Source of the DNA: a virus
Virus record (IMG/VR): IMGVR_UViG_3300043446_001144
Location: 13,010-77,009 of that record
Length of the DNA: 64,000 nt
Strand: one strand, 5' to 3'
Shown: positions 19,753-29,876 of the stretch, one piece after another
Numbering within the stretch: the first letter of the stretch is position 1
How the letters are laid out: every line of letters starts with the position of its first letter
The notes under the pieces: generated by a model
Databases searched by the model: none
What the model saw: only the letters and a program-made list of their open reading frames with translations
What the model was told of the DNA's origin: nothing
Program-made: the position numbers and the translations under genes

Positions 19753-21005
19753 TAACGAGCCTCCCATCGTCTAGGACTTATTTTAAATCCTGTGTTTGCT
19801 TCACTGATTATTGTACTTGAAGCACTCAGTGTAGAATAGGTGGGCTTTCCTTGTGTTGCGGAAGTAAGTTCGTAGGACACATTTCGATATGGAATAGTCC
19901 CGGTATCTAGACCTCTTTTACCTGACTCTTGTCTGTCTACACCATCAGTTAGACAGGTAAACTCAACTATATATCGATAATTAGCAAACATAGTGTGATG
20001 CGCTGTTTCGATAACCCAAAGACCATTAGCCGCATTCTCTGTTCCAGATATTAAAACAGTTCTCCACGGAGCAATTCTTGGGTCTCCTTGACCGCCGCCT
20101 TTTGCCATTATAGATAACCTTGATTTTTCTGCCTTCGCTTTTGCCATTTCTTGTGTCATAGAATTGCTAGCAGTAACTGTTCTTGTTTCAATTTGAGAAA
20201 ACAATGGTTCTTTAACATTTTTCCTTAACTTTTCACCCGTCTTACTAGGGGACACACTGCTTCCATACACTTTTGCAGTATAGGGGTCTACGCTTTTTAC
20301 AATTTTTTCAGTTCTTCTATGGCGTTTATTTTCTAAAAAATCACCTATTTTTGGTTCAAAATACTCTAATGTTCTTGCCTCATGAACTGTGTCCGGACCA
20401 GCGCCGTAATCAAGAATAGTCAGTGAAGGAACTGTCGTTAAAAATTTATCAATCATGATATCAACGGGGTGACAATGAAGTTCAGTTCCTTGCATTTGTA
20501 ACCCGTACCCAATTATGTCTGCTAATTCATTGGCCTTTTCCCAATAGGAGTGCCCAGCCATAGATTGTTGTCCAAAACGTGTTGGATGTGGAGTTACCAC
20601 GGGTTTCAATTTAAACTTCAATGCAATTTCTTCAATTACTTCTGTGGCAGTTTTATTTACCCAAATATTATAGCCACTTTCTTTTAATACAAAAGATGCT
20701 CCAAGAAAAGTTAAAGTTGTTCGTCTTTTACGTTCTACTGACGATGTGTAAGTACTGTCGTATTTATAACCTTTAAAATTACCTGAAACTTTGTCATTTT
20801 TCCATGACACCTCTACTAATGCTCCTGTTGTAAGAGCATCCAACATATACGTGATTGTGTCAGGATAATGAATTTTTAAAATATCATGTTTTCCCATTGC
20901 TTGTATCAATTCAATTTTATGAGGTTGCAAATCAAAACTTGGAAAATCAGGAAAAGTTACTGTGAAAAAGTTCCCCTGAACAAGTTGTCTTCTTGGGTCA
21001 CGCAT
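19752..21005 (-). CDS. Baseplate hub (gp27/gpD-like)
   Basis: Position between tail-X and gp25; Q.GHSYWE, GDPRI.P, GLWVI...H. Confidence 0.75.
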   Translation of the reverse strand: MRDPRRQLVQGNFFTVTFPDFPSFDLQPHKIELIQAMGKHDILKIHYPDTITYMLDALTTGALVEVSWKNDKVSGNFKGYKYDSTYTSSVERKRRTTLTFLGASFVLKESGYNIWVNKTATEVIEEIALKFKLKPVVTPHPTRFGQQSMAGHSYWEKANELADIIGYGLQMQGTELHCHPVDIMIDKFLTTVPSLTILDYGAGPDTVHEARTLEYFEPKIGDFLENKRHRRTEKIVKSVDPYTAKVYGSSVSPSKTGEKLRKNVKEPLFSQIETRTVTASNSMTQEMAKAKAEKSRLSIMAKGGGQGDPRIAPWRTVLISGTENAANGLWVIETAHHTMFANYRYIVEFTCLTDGVDRQESGKRGLDTGTIPYRNVSYELTSATQGKPTYSTLSASSTIISEANTGFKISPRRWEAR

Positions 21006-21273
21006 TTGGAATCCTTAGTTGAGTTCCAGGGGCAATAGATGTGGCGTCTAAAATTTCCGGATTAATGTCAAGTATTTTCCACCACAATGAGGGATTTCCT
21101 AAAAGTTTCCACGCCAGAGTGTCTAATCGGTCAGTTTCTACCCACTCATAGACAGAATATCGAGTGGAGTATGTAGGCCATTCCCTAAATACTGCTACTG
21201 TGTAATTACTTGTTCTAGCATCCCACGCACGTTCTAAGGGACCGTCCGCATACCTACTGTCTAAATAAATCAT
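20998..21273 (-). CDS. LysM/tail-X-like baseplate protein
   Basis: DRLD.LA...LG.P.LWW.I.D.NP......G..LRIP. Confidence 0.85.
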   Translation of the reverse strand: MIYLDSRYADGPLERAWDARTSNYTVAVFREWPTYSTRYSVYEWVETDRLDTLAWKLLGNPSLWWKILDINPEILDATSIAPGTQLRIPNA

Positions 21274-22568
21274 AACATTCCCTGAACTCTTCCTCCACCA
21301 GAATTTGTGGCATCTCTGTAGTCCTCTGTTGCAGGAAGGTCTGGCAAACGTTTACAAATGAAGTCTACTGTTGAAAATATAGGAACCATTCTTTCATTAA
21401 AGATTTTATGGTCAACGTTTATTTGGGTTACACGCACTAAATACCTAAGACCACTTCCTAAGTGCAATTCTACAGGAAAAGAATTCAACCATCCCAAGTC
21501 TGCTGTATTACCATTCAAATTTGAATTGTATTCAACATTTTTTCCATTTACGGCTTTAAACAGATACTCAAGGTCAAGCATAGTTCCGCGAGTGTATATG
21601 CCATCCGCATCTATTGATTCAACAGGAAATGGGTACGGGTTTCCTATAATTCCTCCACCTTTGGTAACATGATTCATATCCAACATTCTGTTTAAAATAA
21701 CAGAAAAAGTTATACTGCTATTCATAGCAGCGTCTGTTATAGGAGAGGCTCTAAAACTTCCGGCAGTAAACTTAGCAATGTCAACCTCACTGCCTACTCC
21801 CCATGACATAGAAACTGTTGTTGGATTGTACAAAAATCTAAACCCATGAACAACACTGTCTTCTGTTACTGGTTTTGCCTTACTGTTTACTAATTGGTTG
21901 TAGTACGGATAACTTCTACTCATTTGAATTACGCCTTTGGAGCCTCGACTAACTCTCCAAGCGTCCATAGCATCGTCCCAAGTTCCTGGGTTACCTACAG
22001 GCATTAATCCATCTTGTTGTTGCAGTCCTACAGGATTTAGATAGGCTGCTTTTACCATTGGAGGGTTATATTTCCACTGCAATAAAGGACCAGCAGTTAT
22101 AGCCTCCGGAGCAGCAGTAGCATCGGTGTTACTTGTGTCTGGATTTGTAATTTTGTTTTTTAAGTTACTGCCGGTGCTTAGTTGATAATTTCCAACAGGC
22201 TTTATTCCATATAACAGAATTGTTAATTGAGTTTTAGCAGCATTTAAATCAGCAGATACTGTTTTTAATTTTGCTTTTTTTGTTGTTCTGTTTTTTGTGT
22301 ACTGCTCAATTTGAGCAAAAGCGTTGTTTATGGCGGTAGAATTTGTAGATGTTTTTGTGATGTTTGTGTAATAAGCAATCTGTTCATCAATAGTCTTAAG
22401 TTCAGACTGCAAAACTTTTTGTTGAGTTTCTAAATCTTTTATTGCTTTATTAGTATCAGCAATACTTTTTGCGTTTCTTTCACGAGCGCTTGTAGTTGAC
22501 GGGGTAGTGTAGGACTGCCCAGAAGCAGAGGGTCTTTTGTATGACTTAGGGTCTAATCTTCCAGCCAT
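21270..22568 (-). CDS. Tail tube initiator-like protein with N-terminal coiled coil
   Basis: GFRFLYNPTT...FNERMVP; located after the tape measure. Confidence 0.65.
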   Translation of the reverse strand: MAGRLDPKSYKRPSASGQSYTTPSTTSARERNAKSIADTNKAIKDLETQQKVLQSELKTIDEQIAYYTNITKTSTNSTAINNAFAQIEQYTKNRTTKKAKLKTVSADLNAAKTQLTILLYGIKPVGNYQLSTGSNLKNKITNPDTSNTDATAAPEAITAGPLLQWKYNPPMVKAAYLNPVGLQQQDGLMPVGNPGTWDDAMDAWRVSRGSKGVIQMSRSYPYYNQLVNSKAKPVTEDSVVHGFRFLYNPTTVSMSWGVGSEVDIAKFTAGSFRASPITDAAMNSSITFSVILNRMLDMNHVTKGGGIIGNPYPFPVESIDADGIYTRGTMLDLEYLFKAVNGKNVEYNSNLNGNTADLGWLNSFPVELHLGSGLRYLVRVTQINVDHKIFNERMVPIFSTVDFICKRLPDLPATEDYRDATNSGGGRVQGML

Positions 22569-25207
22569 TATTTACTCCCCATTACACTGTAAGTATCGTC
22601 TGTTTCTAAATATTCTTTTACTCTTTTTGCAAATTTAATTGCTTCATCTTCAGATGCTTGTTGGATATTAAGTGTAACATTTACAGTGCGGTTTCCAATG
22701 ACTTGACCAGAAGAGACTCCAGATACGGAGGCACCAAAACCTGTTCTTCCTCCACCTTTTGGACCTCTATTGTAGTTAAATTGATACGGACTTTTTCTTT
22801 CTTCTCCACCAACCCAAGCAGAAGCGCGTATAGCATCAAACGATTGTTGAAAACTAGACCCGGAACGTAAAGAATTTAATATTGCAGTGTATCCTCTTTG
22901 GTCCGCACGATTACCGGTCAAAGTTGCAAGAGTTGCTTCCAATCCTTCTGAAGAAGTTCCATACATTTTTACGCCAGCACTGTTCATGGATTGAGCACCT
23001 GGACGACTTAAGGTTGTGTTTAGCGGATTGTTCCAACGACCCCATTTATCTCCGCTTTCAAAGCGAATCCATTCCGACATTGCATAAATATTGTCTTTTG
23101 TATGCGGAGCGTTAATGGACGTAAGGAAAGACTTAATCCACTCTTGTTTACCACCAGACGGATTTACTCCCGTTGCTGAATAGTTTGTAGACTTTGGAGT
23201 TGCGCCTGTAGTTGCTGAAGAAGGGGAATATGAAAGAAGTGAGTTTGCGTTACCAAATGGGGAACTCAGTAACTCTTGTGGATTTACTGGATTATTAGAG
23301 CCTTTACGAACTTCAAAGTGAAGGTGCGGTCCAGTAACGTTTCCTGTGTCTCCCGATTTGCCAATTACTTGACCTTTTCTAACTCTATCTCCAGGTTTTA
23401 CAAGTGCTTGACTTAAGTGACCATAAAGAGTTTGGAACCCGTTCTCGTGGTCAATTTGAACTGTAATTCCGTATTCATATCCTGGAGCATCGTCCATAAC
23501 AATACCGTCAAGGGCTGCTTGAACATCACTACCAATTGGCATTGGGTAATCTTGACCTGTATGTGAGTTGTTTGAACCGCTCCAAATACCACTTGTGTCT
23601 TTAGCACCAAAGCCAGTTGTAGGAGCAACTCCGGGAGCAGGAGACTGTGCTCCACCGCCCTTTGCACCAAAAGATGCCCCAAAGCCTGTGGTTCCTCCAC
23701 CTTTTCCTCCACCTAGTTTGTAACCAGCCATATGTGTTGCCCCACCTACAAGGGCACCAACCACAGCGCCTGGTACGGCGCCCACTCCTGCTACAGGTGC
23801 ACCTGCCATTGCTCCCGTCACCGCTCCGGCTCCTATTGACGTTAGTAAACCTGTCTTGTCTAATTCACCATCTTTTGCGTCAAAGTAACCGCTTGCACCT
23901 GAGATTACTAACCCTAATCCAGGGATAAATCTTGCTGCGCCCTTTGCACCTGCTTTAGCACCTGTTGCTCCAGCAGTTTTTAGGAGAGCACGAGCACCTA
24001 CTGCGCTAGTTAATCCTCCAACTGCCATTCCTAATCCGCCAAGTAATGCGCCAGCACCTGCACCGACATTTGAATTAGAAAGTGTTTGAAGAGTTGCTTT
24101 AAATTCAAACATGGCATCTGGAAGTTTTTCCATTGCTTTATTGACATCTTCAATTACATCAGCCGCTCTTTCAAAGCCCTTTATCATTGGCTCTGTTGCT
24201 CTTTCCATCAAAGCAGTCTGAGATGTGGCTATCTGCATTTGAGCGGCTATTGGGTTATTTGCACCCTGCATTGTGGCAAGGTTAAACCCTTTTCCTTCAG
24301 CAAAGTTTCCTGCTGCATTTATAAATAACTCTTGTTGAGTTTCGCTAAATCCAAGTTTTCTTAAATCTGCGCCTAAAAATCCTGAACGAACATCGGTCAT
24401 TACCTGCTCACGTGTAATGCCTTTTTGTCCACCATACGCACGGTTATAAATTTGCCGTGCAATTTGTTCAAACGATAGGTCTTTTCCTGTACGTGGGTCT
24501 GATGTAAAAATCCCATATTGAGAGAGATTTCCTGACATAGGACCCGTGCCCAACCCACCGAGTGCCTCTGCAGCAACTGGGTTAGCGATATTCAAGTAAC
24601 GAGCAGCACCACCAATTTCTCTGACACGCATATTGAACGCGGCTGAGTTAGGTGCGTAACGGTAACCTTGAACAAGCATCGCAGCCGCGGCAGCGTCATC
24701 TCCTGCGCCTGTAATGCCGCCTGCTAAACCACTGAACGTGGCTTGACGGAGCCTTTGTTGATTGACTCCACCCATAACAGCAGCACCATAAAAGCCTGCT
24801 GCACGACCAAGAACTGCGCCTGTGTCTGGCGTCGCGGAGTATCCAGCAGCACCAACTGCAAGACCTGCTTGGGCTCCAAACTTTAGCCCTATCATGGTCT
24901 TGCTATAGAGCCACGGCATTTTTGTAGTTCCTGCTTGTTCTTTTTGAACAGCAGAAGATGCTTGAGCGCCCTTTACACCACTGGCACCTTTTTGCACATC
25001 ATCAGAGAATGATGCAGAGTCATCAAATAGTTTGTTACTACTGCCAAGGTTTCCCGACATACTCTTAATAGAGGCTGCCAGACCTTTTACACCCTTAGAG
25101 TGCCCCACTATGTTTTTAAGAAGACGAGAAGTGCTGCCCAGTTCTTTGTTTAGGGCAGTAACAGCAGCAGACAAGTTCTTTACACTTGTCACCATGTTTA
25201 GGTTCAA
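22568..25207 (-). CDS. Tape measure protein with M23 peptidase and lysozyme-like domains
   Basis: Ala/Gly-rich helical body; HTGQD, YGHLS, GPHLHFE; ESG...NNPLNT; likely TTG start at 25207 (AAGGAG RBS). Confidence 0.85.
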   Translation of the reverse strand: MNLNMVTSVKNLSAAVTALNKELGSTSRLLKNIVGHSKGVKGLAASIKSMSGNLGSSNKLFDDSASFSDDVQKGASGVKGAQASSAVQKEQAGTTKMPWLYSKTMIGLKFGAQAGLAVGAAGYSATPDTGAVLGRAAGFYGAAVMGGVNQQRLRQATFSGLAGGITGAGDDAAAAAMLVQGYRYAPNSAAFNMRVREIGGAARYLNIANPVAAEALGGLGTGPMSGNLSQYGIFTSDPRTGKDLSFEQIARQIYNRAYGGQKGITREQVMTDVRSGFLGADLRKLGFSETQQELFINAAGNFAEGKGFNLATMQGANNPIAAQMQIATSQTALMERATEPMIKGFERAADVIEDVNKAMEKLPDAMFEFKATLQTLSNSNVGAGAGALLGGLGMAVGGLTSAVGARALLKTAGATGAKAGAKGAARFIPGLGLVISGASGYFDAKDGELDKTGLLTSIGAGAVTGAMAGAPVAGVGAVPGAVVGALVGGATHMAGYKLGGGKGGGTTGFGASFGAKGGGAQSPAPGVAPTTGFGAKDTSGIWSGSNNSHTGQDYPMPIGSDVQAALDGIVMDDAPGYEYGITVQIDHENGFQTLYGHLSQALVKPGDRVRKGQVIGKSGDTGNVTGPHLHFEVRKGSNNPVNPQELLSSPFGNANSLLSYSPSSATTGATPKSTNYSATGVNPSGGKQEWIKSFLTSINAPHTKDNIYAMSEWIRFESGDKWGRWNNPLNTTLSRPGAQSMNSAGVKMYGTSSEGLEATLATLTGNRADQRGYTAILNSLRSGSSFQQSFDAIRASAWVGGEERKSPYQFNYNRGPKGGGRTGFGASVSGVSSGQVIGNRTVNVTLNIQQASEDEAIKFAKRVKEYLETDDTYSVMGSK

Positions 25208-25359
25208 CCCGAACTCCTTATACTTCTCGCTTTGGCTAGTTCTAGCCAATTCTTCCGTTCTCTAGAAGACATTTCCTTAACTTCCGTTAAGGTCCAACTA
25301 GGATAAATTTCAGAGATTGCTGCCCATTCTGCAAATAGTCTTATATATGGAACGAGACT
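25204..25359 (-). CDS. Startless tail-assembly chaperone extension (gpGT/E'/gp51-like)
   Basis: +1 frame relative to 25358..26167: SLVPYIRLFAEWAAISEIYPSWTLTEVKEMSSRERKNWLELAKARSIRSSG*; not in the ORF track. Confidence 0.7.
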   Translation of the reverse strand, partial: SLVPYIRLFAEWAAISEIYPSWTLTEVKEMSSRERKNWLELAKARSIRSSG

Positions 25360-26167
25360 AGAAGCGAAACAACGTGCCCAAATTAACGGGAACGGTTACC
25401 TCACTTTCACAGTCAGGACAAGCAATAGTCAAGTCCTCAAATTGAGGTCCTGCTGCTCTTTTGTTCATCTCTTCGGTAATTTTTCTGCGGTCAGCAACAC
25501 CAAGATTTTGTACTTGACTCTTGCTTATTACATCTTTATCACCAATTCTTAATACAGTCTTTTCAAGAACAATTGTGTTCAACTCAGCACTGGTTTTATC
25601 AGAATTATTAATGAGTTCCTTCTGTACTTTGCCATTAGGAAGTTGAACGAGGATATCTCCACGCTTTCCTTCTACTGTAAAGATACGGTCATCAATAGGA
25701 TTTGCAAGAGTCTTTGTCTTGATATCGGTGTCGAGGTTCACTGATACCGTTTTTACTTCTTGACAACCGCTACAGTACGAAGGAATCTCCGTTTCTTTTC
25801 CAAAAGTTGCCTTAATAATGCCAAGAAGAAGAGCGTCACGGTCTCCTGCTAGAAGTTCATCAAGAACCTTTTCATCAGCCTTGATATCGCCAATTTTTAC
25901 AGTGCCACGCTGTAGTACTGCAAGAAGTGCTTTACCCATACTGTTAGTTTTAGAGATAAACTCTTCATCTTTTCCAGTTAGTTCACGCACTTCGGCAGTA
26001 CGGATGACCTCCCCAGCAGTGGTGATGTAACCGCCAGGGAGTTCAACTGTAGTATCCGAAGGTGCATTAATTTGAGGTTCATATGTTGCTGGCTCTTCTT
26101 GCAGAGCCTTCTGAATGATGTTATTTGCCAAAGCGGGATTAGCCGCTGCATTAATTGTGCTCGTCAT
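25358..26167 (-). CDS. Tail assembly chaperone (T4 gp26-like, two CxxC)
   Basis: VRELTGKDEE, GDRD.LL, CSGC, CPDC; between tube and tape measure. Confidence 0.8.
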   Translation of the reverse strand: MTSTINAAANPALANNIIQKALQEEPATYEPQINAPSDTTVELPGGYITTAGEVIRTAEVRELTGKDEEFISKTNSMGKALLAVLQRGTVKIGDIKADEKVLDELLAGDRDALLLGIIKATFGKETEIPSYCSGCQEVKTVSVNLDTDIKTKTLANPIDDRIFTVEGKRGDILVQLPNGKVQKELINNSDKTSAELNTIVLEKTVLRIGDKDVISKSQVQNLGVADRRKITEEMNKRAAGPQFEDLTIACPDCESEVTVPVNLGTLFRF

Positions 26168-26179
26168 ATGAGTCCTTTA

Positions 26180-26803
26180 TTAGAAGTTTGGTGCTTGAGT
26201 TTCTAGGCCTGGTGCCCACTTTATGTCAAAACCCTCGTGTACAAGAGTCATTTGCTCAACAAAGAGTGCGTTGTCGCCTGCGTTGAGGTCAGAGTATGCC
26301 ACAGAGGTAGGCCATGCGTTGTAAACCTTAAACCGCACAGCAGTATGGTCAGAAGAAGCCGCATTTGTGTCGTCTTCTCCTGCCTTTGGAATTGGATGAG
26401 ATAAAACCTGAATCTCTAGGTCGCAACGGAAGTTGTCTGTAATAGCACGAGTTGTTCCGTTACCTTGAACTGTTGCGAAGAGATTGCGCATCCATTCCCA
26501 ATTCTGGTCAGTGTTCAAAATAACGCCACGCTGCAATGTAATTGGAGCGAAGGTTGTTTGACCAGGAATTTGGTGAACGGTGGTGTTATAGCCACCTTCA
26601 CGGTATGGGATAGAGTCTGTTGTAACAGCCATGCCTGATACAGAGGTAAACCCAAAAGTTGTTGCACGCTGACCTGAAAGTTTAGCGAGCGTTGGATTTG
26701 CTGCTCCAGCAGCATTTGGCTGTGGGAAGAACGTGACTAGAAACCGAAAGTTTCTAATCGGGTCGCTGATTAAATTCGACCTAGGGTTAATTACTGTTGC
26801 CAT
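26180..26803 (-). CDS. Tail tube protein (gp19-like)
   Basis: DPIRNFRF, YREGG, ITLQRG, NAWP, E..TLVHEG. Confidence 0.93.
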   Translation of the reverse strand: MATVINPRSNLISDPIRNFRFLVTFFPQPNAAGAANPTLAKLSGQRATTFGFTSVSGMAVTTDSIPYREGGYNTTVHQIPGQTTFAPITLQRGVILNTDQNWEWMRNLFATVQGNGTTRAITDNFRCDLEIQVLSHPIPKAGEDDTNAASSDHTAVRFKVYNAWPTSVAYSDLNAGDNALFVEQMTLVHEGFDIKWAPGLETQAPNF

Positions 26804-26824
26804 TTATTTTGTTTCTCCTTCGGA

Positions 26825-28336
26825 TTAGTTCACAGTCTTTTGACTGAGGTCGATGACAATGAACTCTGCTGGGTACTGCAAAGCCACACCCACTTGGATG
26901 TGTACTTCACCATTTGCAATTTGAGCGGCTGTGTTGTTTTCAGCGTCGCACTTGATAAAGTACGCTTGGTCGCTGGTTGCACCACGTAAACCACCCTGTC
27001 CTCGATATTGCTCAAGGAACGTTCCAATACGGCTTCTAATCTGAGCCCAAAGACGTTCGTCATTGTTCTCAAAAATAGCGAATTGAGTAAGATTCTTCAG
27101 ATTCTTTGTAATGAAGATAAGCGAACGACGCATGTTTACGTACTTGTTTGCTGTGCCATCTTGTAGGAGTGTACGAGCACCCATTACAGAAAGGCCTCCA
27201 CCAGGAATTTGACGAATTGGGTTAACTGGAGTTGTAGATGCGTTCATGCTATCTAGTTCAGATGAGGTAAATGAACGCTCCATTGCAACAGCGCCTTGAA
27301 CAGAGGTCCTAATACCTGCTGGAGCCTTAAAGACTCCTTGATTAGCATCGGTGTTTAAGAACAAGCCTGCAACTGATGCAGATGGTCCAATTTTACGAAG
27401 AGAACCGGCTCCACGTCCTAGAGGGTCAGCAATGTAGATGTGTGGGTAGTACACCGCAGCATAACTTGTGTCTGCAAATGCAGCCGATGCGCTAATCGCT
27501 TGTGAAACAGTTAAGTTTTCTGCCGTTTCAATCACTACAAATGAATTGTTTGCTGCTGCCCAAGAAGTTGCGGCGTCATAAACAGCGGTTTCTCCAGAAG
27601 CGAGACTCTTCCATAGGTCAGGAAGAAACACTACAAGTGGACGGTCAAGAGAAGAGAACTCGTTGAACACTGAAGCACCTGTTGATTGATACGAGGTGTA
27701 GTCAGTTGAGGCTACTGTTGAACCGTTACTTCCACCAGATAGTGGGTAAACGTTTGCTACAGGAGTTCCTGCAGCGCTGTTACTGATTAAAATGTATGAA
27801 GAGACAAGGTTTACAACAGTTTCTGCGAAGTCTGTTGAAGTAGAGTCGTCAAAAACAACGTTCTCATAACGTTCAAGAAGAACGTCATCTGTAACCACGC
27901 TAGCAGTTCCAGTCAGTCCTTCTTTGTAAACGGTAATCGTGTAAGTATTTGCGACTGTTCCTGTTTCACTTGTAATGCGAAGGTTGTTTCCGTCGCTTCC
28001 TTTGTTTTTTGCAGTAATAGTTGCGACAACTGCTGCTCCTGATGTTACTAGGTCAACAGATGCAGCAACTGCATTTGATGCCAAAATGCGCTTAACGTAA
28101 AGTTCACGTCCGCCATTTTGAAAGAAGGTACTGACGCCAAATGTCGCTGGGTAGATTACGTTGTAACCCCCAAAGTATTTGACGAACTCGTACCAAGAGG
28201 TAACAAGTGTCACTGCTTCTGGACCTTGTGCAAAAGGTGCCACAATTGCGCCAGCAGCGTTTGCAGACACTCCTGTTGGAAGTGGTGCTGGTAGAAGACG
28301 TTCACTAATGTAAACGCCAGGACGGCTATAAGCCAT
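26825..28336 (-). CDS. Tail sheath protein
   Basis: RPGVYI.E, FFQNGG, KAPAG, GARTL, YVNMRR, FENND..LW, PAEFI. Confidence 0.96.
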   Translation of the reverse strand: MAYSRPGVYISERLLPAPLPTGVSANAAGAIVAPFAQGPEAVTLVTSWYEFVKYFGGYNVIYPATFGVSTFFQNGGRELYVKRILASNAVAASVDLVTSGAAVVATITAKNKGSDGNNLRITSETGTVANTYTITVYKEGLTGTASVVTDDVLLERYENVVFDDSTSTDFAETVVNLVSSYILISNSAAGTPVANVYPLSGGSNGSTVASTDYTSYQSTGASVFNEFSSLDRPLVVFLPDLWKSLASGETAVYDAATSWAAANNSFVVIETAENLTVSQAISASAAFADTSYAAVYYPHIYIADPLGRGAGSLRKIGPSASVAGLFLNTDANQGVFKAPAGIRTSVQGAVAMERSFTSSELDSMNASTTPVNPIRQIPGGGLSVMGARTLLQDGTANKYVNMRRSLIFITKNLKNLTQFAIFENNDERLWAQIRSRIGTFLEQYRGQGGLRGATSDQAYFIKCDAENNTAAQIANGEVHIQVGVALQYPAEFIVIDLSQKTVN

Positions 28337-28369
28337 GATTTCTCCTAACTAGGTTGAATGGGGACCAGA

Positions 28370-29011
28370 TTATTCCGTAATAGTGAACGAATCGATGGGG
28401 GTGAGCGAGTTGACGTTCGCGCCAATAGCGTGAACTTCTTTTACCTTATAGAATGAGTCGAGTAATGCCGGTGCAATCTCGCTAGAAATACGCACCGTGA
28501 AAGCGTTTACGAATAAACGTTTTCCTGCTTCTGATATATCTCTTTTGGAGATATCCAGAACATCTAAACGACGGACTGTGTCATCGTCCGTTTGAAGACT
28601 TCCAAATCTGAGTGGAAGACGTGTTCTTACTAATTGCGCAAGAATTTCTCTGTCATGACGTGGTTGACGAGAGTAAACCGTGACTTGATAGTCAATGTTT
28701 ACAGGGATAGGGAAGTTGATAAGCCAGTTATGGTCATCGTCAATCCATGGATTACCATCAACTGTTTCTGGGTTATCTAAGTAAGCAGGTTTGACTAAAC
28801 CACGCATGGCACGTGTGACATCCTCTGAAATATCAATCATATCGATGGTGATGTAAGGATATTTTTGGTCACGTAATTCTTGGTCAGGTTGTCCAAACCA
28901 TACCTCTACCTTGCGGTGAGACACGTTGGAATCATCTGACTTTTGGTCGGTCACTGTGATGCCCTTGAGAAGGTCACGTAGAGCGTTATCTTCAGATAAA
29001 AGGAAGGTCAT
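28370..29011 (-). CDS. Tail terminator/sheath stabiliser-like protein
   Basis: Directly upstream of sheath; YPYITI, PVNIDYQV. Confidence 0.65.
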   Translation of the reverse strand: MTFLLSEDNALRDLLKGITVTDQKSDDSNVSHRKVEVWFGQPDQELRDQKYPYITIDMIDISEDVTRAMRGLVKPAYLDNPETVDGNPWIDDDHNWLINFPIPVNIDYQVTVYSRQPRHDREILAQLVRTRLPLRFGSLQTDDDTVRRLDVLDISKRDISEAGKRLFVNAFTVRISSEIAPALLDSFYKVKEVHAIGANVNSLTPIDSFTITE

Positions 29012-29319
29012 TCAATACCACCTGTTAGATGAGCCATACGACGTACAAAGAAAGCCTCCACCTGACCAGTGCGGTTTGCCATGCGGCGAAGAGCAGCAGT
29101 TGGTTGAGTATCAGGAGTTCCGTATTCGAGGTTCATAGCCTCAGCACGATGGGCTTTATGAACATTTACATTAAAAGAATCATCAACACTAATAGAGCGA
29201 ACGATATGTTCAGGCCATCCGCTTGCTCGCGCCTCCGTGCGCATGAGAGCAGACATATATTTGGAAGACTCTCTACTGGCCTGCTTTATGGCGTTGCTGT
29301 AAGGATTGTTATGAGTCAC
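29008..29319 (-). CDS. HK97 gp10-like neck/tail completion protein
   Basis: LEYGT....P...LR motif and position. Confidence 0.55.
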   Translation of the reverse strand: MTHNNPYSNAIKQASRESSKYMSALMRTEARASGWPEHIVRSISVDDSFNVNVHKAHRAEAMNLEYGTPDTQPTAALRRMANRTGQVEAFFVRRMAHLTGGIE

Positions 29320-29489
29320 TTCTTTTTACCCTTCGCAGCGACTTTGCCACCGACATAGCCTGCGATAAGGGCAGTAACAATAGGTTGTCTTTCTTTTGGA
29401 CGAAAGCCAAATACGCCGCGAATGAATTCTTCGCGTTCATGCGTAGAGTGAATCTCTGCGGCTTTCCTATACCAAGGCACATGTGCCAT
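29316..29489 (-). CDS. 57-aa hypothetical (MAHVPWYRKAAEIHST...GKKK)
   Basis: Read manually; AAGGGG RBS, GTGA coupling to the next gene. Confidence 0.7.
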   Translation of the reverse strand: MAHVPWYRKAAEIHSTHEREEFIRGVFGFRPKERQPIVTALIAGYVGGKVAAKGKKK

Positions 29490-29564
29490 TTCTATCCCCT
29501 TTATCGCAAGTAGTGGGTGCTACACGGAGTCCGCACGGATTTCCGATAAGGCTAGGATAGAGAA

Positions 29565-29586
29565 AAGGCCCCGGTTAAGGGGCCTT
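29565..29586 (-). terminator. Intrinsic terminator ending the basic-peptide operon
   Basis: AAGGCCCC-TTAACC-GGGGCCTT followed by TTCTCT. Confidence 0.75.
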
Positions 29587-29591
29587 AACTT

Positions 29592-29876
29592 TTACTTCTT
29601 TTCTTTCTTCTCACGCTTTTCTTCGGCTTTTTCGCCCTTCTTGCCTTCCTTTTTTTCGTGAGTCTTTTCTTTCTTTTTAATGCCCTTAATAATTTTTTTA
29701 TCAATCTTTACATCTTCTTGAAGAGTCTTTGGCTTCTTCTTTTTGCCGTGGGCTTTGTCTTTCTTTTCGAACTCTTCTTTCTCTTCCTTGTCGAGTCCAG
29801 CCTTTTTGGTCAAATAAGAGTCCATCTTTTCGTCAGACTTCTTGGTGTACTTGCCCTTCATAGGTGGTTTTTTCAT
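29592..29876 (-). CDS. Lys/Glu-rich small protein
   Basis: 94 aa, extremely Lys-rich, TAATG coupling. Confidence 0.75.
   Translation of the reverse strand: MKKPPMKGKYTKKSDEKMDSYLTKKAGLDKEEKEEFEKKDKAHGKKKKPKTLQEDVKIDKKIIKGIKKKEKTHEKKEGKKGEKAEEKREKKEKK

Noticed and set aside
17113-28336. Extracellular contractile injection system or tailocin
   Set aside because: Capsid, portal, terminase and replication genes are present, so this is a true phage
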